From: Epiperipatus broadwayi
Taxonomy: Eukaryota > Animalia > Onychophora
DNA: 64,000 nucleotides
Assembly: GCA_028023455.1 (NCBI GenBank)
Contig: JAQFVV010000005.1
Location: 13,020,001 to 13,084,000 of the forward strand
Reading direction: 5' to 3'
This document shows, piece after piece, positions 26,330-39,920 of this stretch. The position numbers were made by a program, and so were the translations under genes. Numbering within the stretch: position 1 is the stretch's first letter; each line of letters begins with the position of its first letter. Below the pieces are notes generated by a model. That model worked only from the letters and a program-made list of their open reading frames with translations. It was not told where the DNA came from and made no database searches.

Positions 26330-27747
26330 CTAAATAACAATATAAAAAAACAGACTGCAATATATATATATATATATAATTACTAAATGATATTGAAAAG
26401 ACATCTAATATCTAAATACACAAATTGATTTCAAATATAACAGATCAGGATAAAGAATATATTAAAATCACAAAAATTAATAATATAATTGAATTGTTAG
26501 TTGCTTAGAAGATCAACATCAAAAGTGAAATTAAGTTTTACTCCAGATATTTATTGTAATAAACTATATGGGACAACAATCATATGATTAGTTGTTCAGG
26601 AGATCATGTGATATTTTGTTACTGAAAGTAATACATTGAGTTTTGCAAAAATCTTTACAAATTTCAGTTCATCACTTATCATTTTAGTAAAGCACATAGG
26701 GTAAAAAAATAAATGGCTCTCACTTTAGAGGGCATATGACATTCAAACACCCGAAGTGACAGGTTGGCTTTTGATCTGGGATCTTTTGGTTTTTTAATCT
26801 GCCATTCTGCTATTCCATTAGCCTCACATGAATTAACAAATAAAAAAAGTATATTATTATGCCATCATAACATTTTGGCCCTATTTTTTTTTGTTATGGA
26901 CCAATTTATCTTACTATGCCAAGATTACTTTTCTATTCTATTCTTTTTAGATTGGAACAATACATCATGCCATACCACAATAACTTTTCTATTCTTTTCC
27001 CTTACCAGTATGTGTTAATCATTTTAAGTACTAACTAGATATATATACATTGTAACCATATATTTAACCCTTTGGTTTAGATATACGTTTTAAAGTATTA
27101 AAAAAAATTTTTTTTTCATTATATAATATTATAATAAGTAAATTTCTTTACCTTTGTTATCATAATAAAAGTCTTAAATTATATGTTTCAATAGTATAAG
27201 TTAAAATAACTCAAATAGCCTAATTGGTTAGCAATATGCTATTAACTAAAAGGAGACCCATTGATTCCTCTTGGAGGCCTTAAAGAAATGAGCAGGGAAA
27301 ATTCCTAATGTCCATTTCATATGTTCTTGTCATTGCAGTTGTTATTACTATTTGATTATTCATATAGTCTATGAACCTGGATGGGCTACTCACCAACACA
27401 TATTATCCAGCATTGGGAGTTTATTGGCTTTTTACCTCTCAGTTTAAGATCTAGAAACACCACGGTCTTTCTTCTCAGTTGCCTGATAAGGCAGAATAAA
27501 TGTTTGTGTAATGATAAATATTTTTCCAATAGATATATACAATTATGACAGACAAAAATAAATCACAGCCCTTATTCTCAGGAGGCTGTAAAGTCACCAA
27601 CCCAGGCAGGGGTTGGTGGCTGAAGGCGGAGGATACTAGAATCCCCTGATTGCGGACCCAGGCTGCCATTTGATGATGACTTTTTATTTAGGTACTTAAA
27701 ACTGCAGATCACTTTCAAGTGAAAAAAGATTGCAAGAATTAGAAGAA

Positions 27748-27997
27748 GGAGGGTTGCATTAGATCCTAAGATCTAGGTGCAGTGCTCTCAGATCCAAAGC
27801 TCCTCACTGACGATGGCCACAAGCCAGAAACTAGTCTGGGGATATTGGATGAGTAGGCATTAGATAGGGATTTTATGCATAAGCCTTCTGGCATTCATTG
27901 ATTACTCTGGTTGGCACAGGGTGGCAATACTGTATGGAGAGTTTTGCTTTGTTTATAAACAAATTTGTGCTAATATTAAGAGATAGTGATCATGTGA
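27748..27997 (+). mobile_element. Single-arm copy of the family-B hammerhead element
   Basis: Colinear with 7255-7490. Confidence 0.85.
27801..27842 (+). ncRNA. Minimal type I hammerhead ribozyme (family B, best preserved)
   Basis: tcctca CTGACGA TGGC cacaa GCCA GAAA CTAG TC tgggga. It has a full core, 6-bp stem I, 4-bp stem II, palindromic ACUAGU stem III and a GUC site after 27836. Confidence 0.85.
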
Positions 27998-28002
27998 TTT
28001 TA

Positions 28003-28400
28003 TATTAAATGGGACATAATTGGACTTTGTGAAATTAGAAAAGGTGAATAGACAATTGATTTAAAAAGTAAACATGTACTCTATTATAAAGGCACAAATA
28101 TTGGAAATACAAGTGGAGTAGGATTCATTATAAATAAAAAGTGGGAGAACAACATTGTGGAGATTGATGTTGTATCAGACAGAGTGGCAAGATTAGTTAT
28201 ACAACTTAATAGCAGATATCAAATGCAGATAATTCAGGTTTATGTCCCAACAAGTTCTCATAGTGATGAAGTAGTAGAAGATTTTTATATGGATGTACAA
28301 AAGGCTTTTGATCAGAGTAAACAACATTTTAAAATTGTTATGAGAGACTTTAATGCTAGAATTGGTAAATAAATGAAAGATGATAGTCCTGTAAGCAACA
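28003..28400 (+). pseudogene. RTE-clade LINE APE endonuclease fragment
   Basis: KWDIIGLCEIR...SGVGFIINKKW...SDRVARL...IIQVYVPTS...EDFY...DFNARIGK, with stops and a frameshift. Confidence 0.88.
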
Positions 28401-30064
28401 CTCATCTGAGATTCATTTCTAGGACTTACTTTACCTTTAGGTAATAACTTCTATATGCCTATTTACTGGACAACATTGAATAGTCTTCTGATTTTGCAAA
28501 AAAATTTCTAGCAACTTGAGAAAGTGTCTAAATTAATTTCTTATCCTTCAGACACAAGTCACAAATATACACCAATAGGTACCTGTAGTGTATTCGTGGT
28601 GACATCACAGTTACTGCAGAATGTATATTATCGCAACTGTGAGACTTGCGAGGGAAGCCATGTTAGTCAGACATAGACTACGAAATGGAATACGGATGGT
28701 GATTATTCTTCTCTAGTAATTATAAGCATTATGTATAGTAATAGTAATAAATGATCAAACTAGTAAAGTGTGTTTATATGTATTCGTGATACACAACAGT
28801 ACCCATTATCATTAAAGCTCTTAGTTACTCTATAACTTTTACTTTGAACAAAAGCTTTTTTAAAAGAACAACTCATTAAAGAGTAAATAAACAAAACAAT
28901 TACTTTACATAGTATAAATATAAAAGTTATCAATTAAAATTAAAAAAACAATAAATTGTAGCCATAAATAAACATTTAAAATGTAATACCAACAATATTA
29001 TATAATTTCTAATGTGCTTACTTATATACTTTCATCAACAGTTATCTTCAATCCACTTTGGAGCCATATACTGTAAGCCTGATTATTTAATAAACATTGG
29101 ATAGTATACTACTATAAATGCCTTCATTTCTCATTTAAGCCTTCATAATTTAAAGATTAAGTGTCAAAACAAGAACTAACGTTTTTATGTTTTTAAGAGC
29201 CAATTATTATTCCTTTGGACTATTCAAACTAATAATAAGAAATTTTAAAAAAAATCTAAGTGTCAATTAACTTTACAGCTATATATAAATCAAATGTCTG
29301 GTTAGTTTATACATATTTGAGATTTGTTCTACACCATAGATTTCCTCTCTTAGCTAGATAATACTTTCAACAATATCATATGTCCTCTCACATATGAAAA
29401 TTGATTTTGTGATAGATCTATATAATTATCTTGATTTTAGAAACATTATACTTTTTTTTAATTTGAGATTATTAGTTTGAATATTATAAAGAAGTAAAAG
29501 TAGATTTCTAAATGCATAAATTTATTAGTTCCAATTTTGAAATACTAACTTTTTAATAAAGGCAAAATCCAGAAACTGGTTGATCTGGAGATGAAGATTT
29601 TATAGTATTATTCCCACCTGATATGTCTGATTACTCTAATTTAGAGTATGTTGTTTTAGAATAGAATAAAAATAAATGCTTTTGGAAACATACAAGAGAT
29701 TATTTGATATTGTTTATGATAGTAAGATATCTAATGAAAGGCTATTTATAATTATTGCAAGAAACTGGCCTGGTCTTTAATGTTATGCAAATAATCTTGC
29801 ATGGGTTGATATCTTAAAGTTTTTTAAATTTCAGGTTATTAACTTGGATAGTATAAAGGAACAGAGATGGCTGCTAAATGCTTAAGTGAACTAGAGATTA
29901 GAATTTTATAGCATTCTACCATCAATTGTTTATTGATTATTCAAATTTACAGTTGATAGCTCCAGAATTGGATGAAGATAATTTAAAAAGTAAATGACAA
30001 AATAAATGTTGAATATGTTTAAGTATAATGTTAATACTGTATTAAATTTGATCTATTTATTTAC

Positions 30065-30184
30065 TGCAGTTTTCTTCAGGATCTCCTATGGTTCCTTCTG
30101 GACAACGACATTCACCTCCACTACCTCTAATAATGCAAATGGCATTCTCACCACACTTCTTTAAGCTGCATGCATCAGGTTCAG
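30065..30184 (-). CDS. EGF-like exon, type B: (A)EPDACSLKKCGENAICIIRGSGGECRCPEGTIGDPEENC
   Basis: 120 nt; tatttttcag|...TGCA|gtaaat; phase 1/1; 6 Cys with the GDPxxxC motif. Confidence 0.92.
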
Positions 30185-31028
30185 CTGAAAAATAAGACAC
30201 AGCTGAGAAAAATAAATTAAAGCAAGATAAATAATGAGTAAAACTTTTTCCTTTTAAAATGCTTAGCTATGAAATTCTTTGCAGTTAATCGGTTTAATAA
30301 TCATTTCTTACTAAAAAGAATCTCAAAATATATGGTAGCACATCTATTTTCCATGTATTTTAATCAAAAATTTGAGAATTTTTTTTAGATTTCAAGCAAG
30401 TTTACATGGTTAATATATAGACAACTTCAATGAACTTCTAATAAAATAAATGAACGGTTAATTGCTTGGGAGATCATAAGAAGTTCAAGGTGGAAATGAC
30501 AATGGTAGACTGTGACCAATGGACCTAGAGCTCTAGAATATGCCATTTTACCACATCAGTAAATGAAGTACCTAAACATTTTTATCTTGAGGATAGAATA
30601 AAAAAGAATAACCATAAATTCTCACCAATCAATGTGGGAGGGTGGGTATTATCATCCTCTTAATTTTTGCTTTGTTGAGAAATACTAGAAATATCTTTAT
30701 CCTATTATAAATTAAAACATAAGAAAGCATTACAAAACTCTCAGCTTACACAATGCTTTATAGAAGCAGACTTTATGTGTTTTATTCCCTTCAATTTTAC
30801 AATATAAGATGGCAATGGAATACTGAATGTAAATAAAAGCATGCATAAATAATGCATTCTCATTTGATTAAAAGACAGGGGCCAATATTTTTTAAAACAT
30901 GTTTGAAGTGTATTATTTAAAACAATTCTGTCCTATTAATACATTTACCCATGATTATGTTGAAAAGCAGACAACATAACGCTACATAAAATATCACATG
31001 ACATGTCACACACTATGATGCACTATAG

Positions 31029-32240
31029 CAGTGGTCTTCAACCACCGAGCTGTGGACTGACACTGGGCCACAGAAGTTTTCTGCCGAGCCGCACTAGACT
31101 GGCAAGAAAGTTAGTAAAAACAAAATAATAAGATTTTAAACTTTTAATTAATATAAACAGTTTTTATTTATTTTTTTCATCGCATTTTTACCTGGTTAAA
31201 AAAAAAGAAACAGAACAAAAACGAAATCTAATCAATAATACATAAATTAATTTGTTTTTCTATTTATCACAGATGTTTATGGAGGCGTAGAATTAAATTT
31301 TTTATAATTTTCTAAAAAAATTCAAAATTTAAAAAAAAAGAGTTTTTTATTATACAAACTCCAGTTGTCTTTTGATAGCCAATCACGGCATTGTTTATGT
31401 GTTAAAACAAGATCAAAACTTTTGACTTTTTCAAGTTTCGTTTTTTTTTTTTTGTTTAAAAATACGCCCACTTTTTTTTTGGTCTATAAGGCGATATTTT
31501 TTGGTTTTATTTGTATACTGCTAATATACTAAAACTTTAAAAATAAAAACAAACAAAAAATAACTTTGCGATTTTTTTTTTTTTTTTGGCTTTATTTCTA
31601 TTATGCGATATCTATTTTACCATTTTTAAAAAAAAACTTTTCCTATTAATTACATTTTTTGATTTTTTCAACACACCAGCACACAAAAAAAAATACAATA
31701 ACATCAAAACTTCAGACTTTTACAAGTTTCATTTTATTTTTTCAGATTTAAAATACGGCAAATTTTTTTTTGACTGGACGGTGATTAATTACGCGATTTC
31801 TATTTTGCCCTTACTACTATCAAAAGACTACCTCCATATATATATATAACCATCTTGTATATTTAACATTAAATACAGATATTACATTTATCATAATCAT
31901 TGCCATGTAATTACACTAGCTATGATATTTCCCAACATTCAGGTGAATAACATTTTATTCTTGCATGTTTTAACGATGAAATAATAAATGTAGAAATGCA
32001 AGCACATTAATGAGAATGATTGTTATTGTACTGTTTTCTGTGTTCAGCATGTGAAGGTAAGCAACACCATTACAATACACAATAACTAGTGTGCTGTTTT
32101 GGTCAGTTATAACAATTATGCTTATCTAAAGCTAAGCAGGTTACATCTTTAAGAAAATTTATCTGTAAACTTTTGCCGGTCTGTGAAATCTTATCCTTAT
32201 TTTTGCCGGGCCGCAGGTGTGAAAAGGTTGAAGACCACTG
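31029..32240. mobile_element. Non-autonomous hAT (Charlie-like) DNA transposon
   Basis: Perfect 15-bp TIRs CAGTGGTCTTCAACC / GGTTGAAGACCACTG. 8-bp TSD CACTATAG / CACTATAA (7 of 8 match). Confidence 0.9.
31350..31840. mobile_element. Probable MITE nested in the hAT element
   Basis: Inverted 12-mer GTCTTTTGATAG (~31367) / CTATCAAAAGAC (~31817) brackets a segment richer in CpG than its flanks. Ends are imprecise. Confidence 0.4.
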
Positions 32241-32939
32241 CACTATAAAATATCAATACCTAATGCATTAAAATTCTGTTTTAAAATAATAGTGTATTAA
32301 TCAACATCACCAGATTGCAATGCAAAACAGATTATTATTATTAATACAGTGTATACAAAAATGATTAGGAAAGTTAATCATGATATTTTGCTTATCATTA
32401 ACAAACTTTTGATAAGAGTTAAATGAATTAATAATCTGCCTCAGTTTATTTGTTTTCATACCATCATTCTACTGCTGATAATTGTCTTTTTTATGAAATA
32501 CTTCCATATCCATAAATCCCGTATTTGCAGTTTCAGTTATACATGATTTAAAAAAGTAATAAATAAACTGTAAATTAATAAAAACAATAATAAATATACA
32601 TTAGTAAAAAAGATATATTTTAATTTTTTAGTTTTCAGAAGATATGCAATGTGTATACACACCTACATATATATATTTTACACTTTAGTAAGTACATACA
32701 TTTATATATTTGTATTAAAACACATTATATGCAATTCACTACCATCCATGCCATAGTTGTGATCAAATGCCATGAAACAGAGACTATGAATCTGCTGCGA
32801 CACTTTTCATTTTTATAAACCTACTATATTACAACTAATATATTGGTCTTTTAATGAAATGCTTTAAACAATTAATGTGAATATAAATGTAAATTAAAAT
32901 ATATATGTAAAAACAAATTAAATTTGAGAAAAAAAAAAC

Positions 32940-33478
32940 TATATTTAAGATTAGATAAATTCTAATTTAGATAAGATCAAAAAAACAAATGCAGTATGAA
33001 GTAAAATTAATTAAAATAGTAATAAGTGATTTCAGAGAACAATAGCAACAGATAATATAAAACTCCTTGAAAATCTAATTCAAATTAGTCTATCTGGAAA
33101 TTCAATTACTGGAGCAGTTGGACCAAAGTTTGAAAAGTGAAGAAAGAAGACAATGGAAGACCTTTAGCAAAAATGACTATTATTCCAGTGCAGCTCACCA
33201 TTGAAAGGTTTTATAAGTTGTACTAACTTTATTATTTTTGATAGCCTTAGGGTGCTGAGAATAAGTAATCAAAGAAGTAAAGATATTCGTATATTTATGG
33301 TTGTAATTCTATTATATTGTTTATATATATTATAAATTAATACTAACCTGAAAATATTTTTGCATATAAATTATTAATAAATTCAGATAATAAATTGCTA
33401 ATAATCACTATTTGGTAGGCTTATTTATTTAATTAATTGTAATTATTACTTGTCCTGATGTTGAACTATCATGGTTAC
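32940..33478. repeat. Intronic duplicated block, paralog at ~35630-36180
   Basis: About 500 bp colinear, e.g. AAATCTAATTCAAATTAGTCT and TATTATAAATTAATACTAAC occur in both copies. Confidence 0.85.
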
Positions 33479-34056
33479 TGTCATATCTGAAAATGGACTA
33501 TTCCAGATTCCTTGCCTGATTGGCTAGCACCCAGTTGTTATCTAAAGGGATTAAAACCTTCACTGGCATTCGTGCACTGAATCCACATGTTTCCAGTAGG
33601 TAGGGGATCTGTCTTTAAATAGTCAGCCTTTTGGAGGCAAGGCAGAGAGCAATTACTTCTGTTAACCTGAACAACAGAACATGCTCTCCATTAAACCTTC
33701 TGCCACCAGCAAAGGTACTTATCTAGTCATTATCGTGACATCCACACAGTAAGAGAAGTCCAATATGGACTGGAAACTGCTATGTCCAAATTAGAGCCAA
33801 CTCGAGGCAAGCTAACTACATAGCTGGAAGAGTCTTACCAGAACTCATGAAGCAGGCTAATCATTAGCTGGAAGTGAGTTCCATACTCTGCACGTTTATT
33901 TCAGCATTGAAGTCTATCAACTGTATTTGTTCATTTGTTTAACTAACGTGTGTATATAATTTGTACTAATAAATTGTACGTATTAATTGCTGAATAGTTG
34001 TTCTTTTTGTATCTGTTGGTTTGGAAATGAACCTGCAAGCCTAACCAAACACAACA
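33479..34056 (+). mobile_element. Solo LTR (578 bp)
   Basis: TG...CA ends; TSD GTTAC/GTTAT; TTTAAATA and AATAAA inside. The empty site (single GTTAT) is present in the paralogous block at ~36173. Confidence 0.78.
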
Positions 34057-34595
34057 GTTATTCTCATACATCTGATGTAAACATATCAATTCGCTGAAAA
34101 AGTTATTGTACTGGTACAAACAAATAGTAAAATTATCCAGCTGCCACTCTGTGCAAAATGAACCCTATAATGTAAAAAGATTGGTTGAAGTCTATGGGCA
34201 TTAAAATAGTGATTGCAAATAAAATTATGAAAGGTAAAAAATCAGGCTAATGACAAGCCAGTACACAAAAAGATTTAGCAATTACAAAAATTAATTACTA
34301 ACCAATAGCAGACTTTGAGACAACTCTATGAAACACTTCTTATAAAAATGCAATAATAGTACATTATTCCCAAAGCTTCATCAAACTGGAAAATAAAGTC
34401 AAACAACAATTGTCATTATGTCTGCTACAAAATTTTATAAAAACTATGGCAGATGAATGCAAAGAATTGACAATGGATCAAAATGTTTGAGTCAGAGATT
34501 CCTTAAAATAAAAGTTGTTAGCAGGTGTGATAATTAAATTACTATTATGTAAACTTGCATTGATATAATCAGAAAGAGAAATACAATTTTGTCAT

Positions 34596-35269
34596 TGTAG
34601 TGTTTGGTAAAAATGGCAGACATGTTTGTGCACACCAGAAAAAACTAAAATTTATTTGAGAAGTTGTTTTTAGATCGCGCACTGATAACTGTGGAATTTA
34701 ATTAAGGCATTGACGTAATGGCGATCGACTATTCCAAGAGATATTTGCTGATTGCAAATATTTCTGGATAAGAGACAATATCTTATTGGACGGTGTATTA
34801 ATTGCTACAGTTATCAGCAAGCGATAAGAAGACTGGGTAACAACTACGCAGTGTGATATAGAGAGTAGTAGAGAGCAGTCACGCATTAGCAAGTTGCAGA
34901 CCATTTGTTTGGAGAGCATCCGCTTGCAGACCATTCATTGGAGAGCAGTCAGTGCAGACCATTCGTTGGAGAGCATTCGTGGCAGAGCATTCATTGCAGA
35001 CCATTCATTTGGAGAGCATCCATTGCAGAGAATACAGGGTATATTCAGGGCATTCATTGCAGACCGTTCGGTGGAGAGCATATGCACCACGGCATTAATT
35101 GCAGAGCAGAGCATTCATTGCAGAGTAGAGCATTAGTTGCAGAGTAGAGCATACGCAGCAGAGCATTAGTTGCAAGAGAACATCATGGGAATTGAACATA
35201 GTTATTTGCTGACCACACAGTCTTACTTGCGGATATAACATTTGCACAGTCAGACTGACGGATAAAACA
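34596..35269 (+). mobile_element. Family-A LTR plus PBS remnant plus terminal ~11 bp of a second LTR (deletion derivative)
   Basis: LTR 34596-35240 homologous to 602-1500, then TTTGCACAGTCA, then CGGATAAAACA. TSD GTCAT at 34591-34595 and 35270-35274. Confidence 0.85.
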
Positions 35270-36262
35270 GTCATCATACTAATCATGTTAAATAGTGTTT
35301 ACTGAACAGTGATTTATTGTTCTACGTAGAATCAAGTTAGAAATTTAGTGAAGGAAAGAATAGTAATCAAGCAATTGAAATATAAAAAAATAATTAAATA
35401 CAAAGATAGTGAAAATAAAATAGAAGCAATGGTTCATGAGGAAGTTAACCCTAAAACAGAGAAGTATACACATCAAAAATTAAAGAGAACATTGTTGAGG
35501 AAAAAACTGTAGTTCTCTAAAGTAAGAAGAGGAGTGATGTGTACATACATATAAGTTAAAATGTATAAGTAAAAATCAGTTAAATTTAAAATTCCTGAAA
35601 GAAAAAATAACTAATTATATATAAAATTTGATAAATTCTAATAAAATAAGATTTAAAAATCAGAGAATGTGAAGTGCAAACACAAATTACAAAATTGATT
35701 AAATAAGTAATTAGTGCCTTCAGAGAACAATAATATAGATAACATAACACCCCTTAAAAATCTAATTCAAATTAGTCTGAGAAAATTCAAGCACATCTAG
35801 CAGCTGGACAGAAAATAGAAGAGTGAAGAAGGAAGGCAACAGAAGAAATAGATATTATTTTAGTGCAGCACACCACTGAAGGTCCAAAGGGAGATTAGAT
35901 CTTATACAGAGAGTACTAACCTTATTTTTTTTGATACACTTTAGAGAGTGACGAGTAAGTAATCATAGAAGTATCGATATTTGTATACTTATGCTTGTAA
36001 TTCTACTATGTTGCTTGTATATATTATAAATTAATACTAACATGAAATTATTATTGTATATAAATCATTAACACATTAATTCAGATAATAAATGGTTAAT
36101 AGTTACTATTTTGCAGGATTATTTAATTAATTAATTATAGTTATTGTGTGTCTTTCTGTAATACCCTCATGTTATTCTCACATAGCAGATCTAAACATTA
36201 TCAACAATAAAAATATTTTATCTATTGCATATTTAGGCAATGCAAAAAATTACTATAGTTAC

Positions 36263-36388
36263 CACAAGAATCGTTGTCATTTTTCAGAATAGTTCCATCA
36301 GGGCACAAACACTGGGCAACTTGATTTAGGACTAGACATGTTGACTTTATAGGACATTTTGTGAGATGGCACAAATCATAAATAACTG
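36263..36388 (-). CDS. EGF-like exon, type A: (T)VIYDLCHLTKCPIKSTCLVLNQVAQCLCPDGTILKNDNDSC
   Basis: 126 nt; ctttatttag|...TGTG|gtaact; phase 1/1; 6 Cys. Confidence 0.9.
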
Positions 36389-37921
36389 CTAAATAAAGAC
36401 ATAAAAAATTAATTAAGATTTCCTATTTTTTATTATGCATAAGAAATATCTATATTCATCTACATTAATATTAACAAATCATTAGATTTTTTAGCTTATA
36501 CAATATATAACAAAACCAGCAGAGCTCTCTATTCTAATGCCACCTATAGTAAACTTAAGGAATCATTGATTATCAAAGGGTAATGGATTTAAATCTCCAA
36601 TTGATTTCTGGTTTTACCTTTTTCAATTCAAAGATGAATTCAAGCTTTGAATTTCAAGTCTCATTGATACAATCTAAAACTAAAAAAACAATCTGGGGGT
36701 GTAGATTTAAATGCAATATCATCTGACAAGTCTTGATAACACACTTATAATAGGCGAAAAAAAGTAGGGAAACATTTGCAATGTAATATGCCTATCTAGA
36801 TGTTTTCACTTGTTGAATCAGATTAGATACAATTAACATTGTTTTCTATCAGAATTTTCTGTGTTCTAATGGCTCTTTAGACTTTCCAACAATACAATTA
36901 GTCTGTGGTGAAAGGATCTATTCTCTTATTTGCTGGCTAGTATCTTCATTTTTTATTTTCAACATTCTTTTTTTTTTCTTAATTTTTGTTAATAATATTT
37001 AATTAAATTAAGAATTAGTAATGCTTATCATGCAATGAAGGGCCTCATGGTTATTAATTTAGCCTGATCGTTCTTAAAAGACAGCTGTTTAAAAATCTGA
37101 TTGGCTGTCTGAGAAACAACTGTAGTGCATGTGAAAGATTAGCAACCTTTCAATTATTGGCAATGATAGCAAATCCATCTACTGTGATTATCACTCAAGT
37201 TTAAATTCAGACTGAGCAAATTTTAAACATTTTTAATAGGTTTGAAATTTTTATTTCAGGCATCAAACTATATAAACCAGCTAACCATCCAGTATTAATC
37301 GTCAATAAGTATTTATCTATTTTTACCAAAAGTAAAACAAAAATGGGAAATCACTCAAATCCTTCCCACCTGTAAAACAGCAATAATCAGTACTGCTTTC
37401 ATTGTCACAGATTTTCTCTGAACGCTAGTTATGTTTATTGATCAATATAATTTGCCATAAAAGCATGTGAATTTCCTAAATCATTAATATATTCTCTATA
37501 TCTGTAAAAACTAGACTTTACTAGGGTAGATAATATATAAATATTCTAAAGACTGGTTTCCCACATATAAGTCTATATCTAATATGTCTACTACATGCAC
37601 ATAACTAATTATATCTAATAAGAAACTTTTGATAGTTATAAAGGCACATTATTACATAATACCTTCTTATTGATTTAAGCACAATAGTAAGCTAATTATG
37701 AAAACTAGAAAATAGAGTGTCACATTATTGTAATTGTGAGAGATTTTTCTAAAACAATGTATTTAAAAAAAACTAAAAATAAATACAACTTTAATATGGG
37801 AATATCAAATAATTTTTTAATTAATCATTAAGCTGAATTAAACACATAAATTGTAAAAATAGCAAAATAATATTCAATTAAAATGAGATTGCTCAATTTA
37901 AGCTTCATTATGTATACTTAC

Positions 37922-38041
37922 TACATTTTTTATCTGGATCTCCTATAGTTCCTTCTGGGCAATGACATTCATCTCTACCATCTCGAACAATACAAATGGC
38001 ATTCTCTCCACAATTCTTTAATTCACAAGTATTCTGTTGTT
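37922..38041 (-). CDS. EGF-like exon, type B: (E)QQNTCELKNCGENAICIVRDGRDECHCPEGTIGDPDKKC
   Basis: 120 nt; tttttttag|...TGTA|gtaagt; phase 1/1. Confidence 0.93.
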
Positions 38042-38429
38042 CTAAAAAAAATAAAAGAGTGAGAAAATAATCAAAGAATGATAAATAATATACCGGATGA
38101 AAAAAATAACTACATTCCAAATTATCACGCAATTGTGTTTTAGATAACTCTACAAAATTTATACTAAGATATTAACAATGATCATTTGATATTTTTATAA
38201 ACCATCTATCTACATTGAAATATTAAATTATCAATGTTAATAAGATTCTTACATATTTAAAAAAGACCTTATTTAAGTAAGTTATTTTATCTAAATAATA
38301 ATTAAACATATGATGAAGAACCCAAAATATTAATTCTAAATAAAATAACAGTTATTTTTCTTGATCTAGTTCTTAAGATTATGACATCTAGATTCTACAA
38401 ATTCTCTTTAATTTGGGCAATAATTCAAA

Positions 38430-39850
38430 AATACCACTTTCTCGTGTGAGACCTTTAATGCAATCCACTACATTCTTTATTCACTATTTTCTCAAACATT
38501 GACCTGTCTATTAAACCCTCTTTATAAATATGTTTAATTAATGTATATATTTTTATATTTTTTAAGTCACTGTCATTCTTAACTTTTCAAATACCTTATC
38601 ACTTAACATAACCTTCATTTTTTTCTAAATAATCTTTTTTATCTAATATCACTAATTTATTTCCTTTATCTGACTTTAGGAAAAGTACTTCTTCATACTT
38701 AGATTTAATCCTTCTGACTTCTTTCTTCCCTATTAATTCTTTGATTTCCTTTACATTCCCTTACTTCTACTTTTAAAATTATTATTTTCTATTTTATATA
38801 GAAAATTCTTTCTTTCATTTTTAAATTTATCAAACCATAATTTGTTTTCATTATTTATCAATTTTGTAATATCTTTATCATCATAATAATGAACTCCATA
38901 TTTTTCTTTTACAAAATCTTGTGCTATTTTTCCATTGTTTCTATCTCTATCACATCTTTCTTAATGTCATTTCCAATTGACACATATTTAATTCCTTTAT
39001 TCAATATATATTTTTCTTCTTCTGTAAAATTAATCTTTGAAAGATTCTGTATATTATTCATTTTGTCATTTGTTATAATGAATTATTTTATTTTTTGTTC
39101 TTCTACCAATATTTAAAATTTTTTAACATGTCTTTCATTTGCTTTCTCATTTATCACATTTCTTTTTATCTCACATAATTCTCTAAATTTATCTTCTTCA
39201 TACTTTGTTATTTTATCCCTCAATATAAATTCTATATTATTTATTTTTTTATGAAAATGTTTTTTTCTTTTTATAACAACTTCTAATGTACTTTTTTAAG
39301 ACGTTCTTTTCTATATTCTTTATAAATATTTCATTATTAGTTAATGTATTTCTTAATTTCTCCATCTTAATGAATTTAGATATTATATTATTATCACCAC
39401 ATTTTTTTAAGTATTTTTAATTATTATTTTTATATAATTTTATTATATTATTCCATCATTCATTAAATTTACTTCTTGTATATATATTTTTGTTTTTAAA
39501 TAATCTAACAAATTCTTAATACTTCCTAGTTGTTCCATTGTCATCCCTGAATTTAAATGTATAATTCCAAACACATATAGTTACCCTATTTTGCTCCAAT
39601 TCTTTCTTTTGTGTTATCCAAATTCTTCAGAAATATTACCAAAATCATCTTTTCCTTTATTTTTGCTGTAATATCTTACATAAATCCAATTTATCCAAAT
39701 CATTTCAAACACTTTTTAGCAAAAACCTTTTATTGCATACTTCTGCTATGTCTTGATCTTAAATTTCTCTTGATTAAGACTAGCAATATGATTTCTAAAT
39801 TATTACTTTTCTCAGTAAAGTAAATAACCCCACTGTGGATCAATTTTAAC
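38430..39850 (-). mobile_element. Decayed Penelope-like element, N-terminal ORF part
   Basis: The minus strand reads LFLKSDKGNKLVILDKKDYLEK-MKVMLSD, the conserved (A/S)DKGN..V..DK.DY..KM..LL.D motif preceding PLE RT. Multiple frameshifts; boundaries approximate. Confidence 0.65.
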
Positions 39851-39879
39851 TAATTTTAATAATAGAACAGTAATATTCT

Positions 39880-39883
<4 letters not shown>

Positions 39884-39917
<34 letters not shown>
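39884..39917. repeat. (AT)n microsatellite
   Basis: Uninterrupted AT run. Confidence 0.95.

Positions 39918-39920
<3 letters not shown>

Noticed and set aside
27570-27680. GC-rich segment with a 9-bp hairpin and GAT-type tail, considered as an HDV-like ribozyme
   Set aside because: The P1/P2/P3 nested pseudoknot order could not be built on either strand; probably a SINE/LINE 3' fragment.
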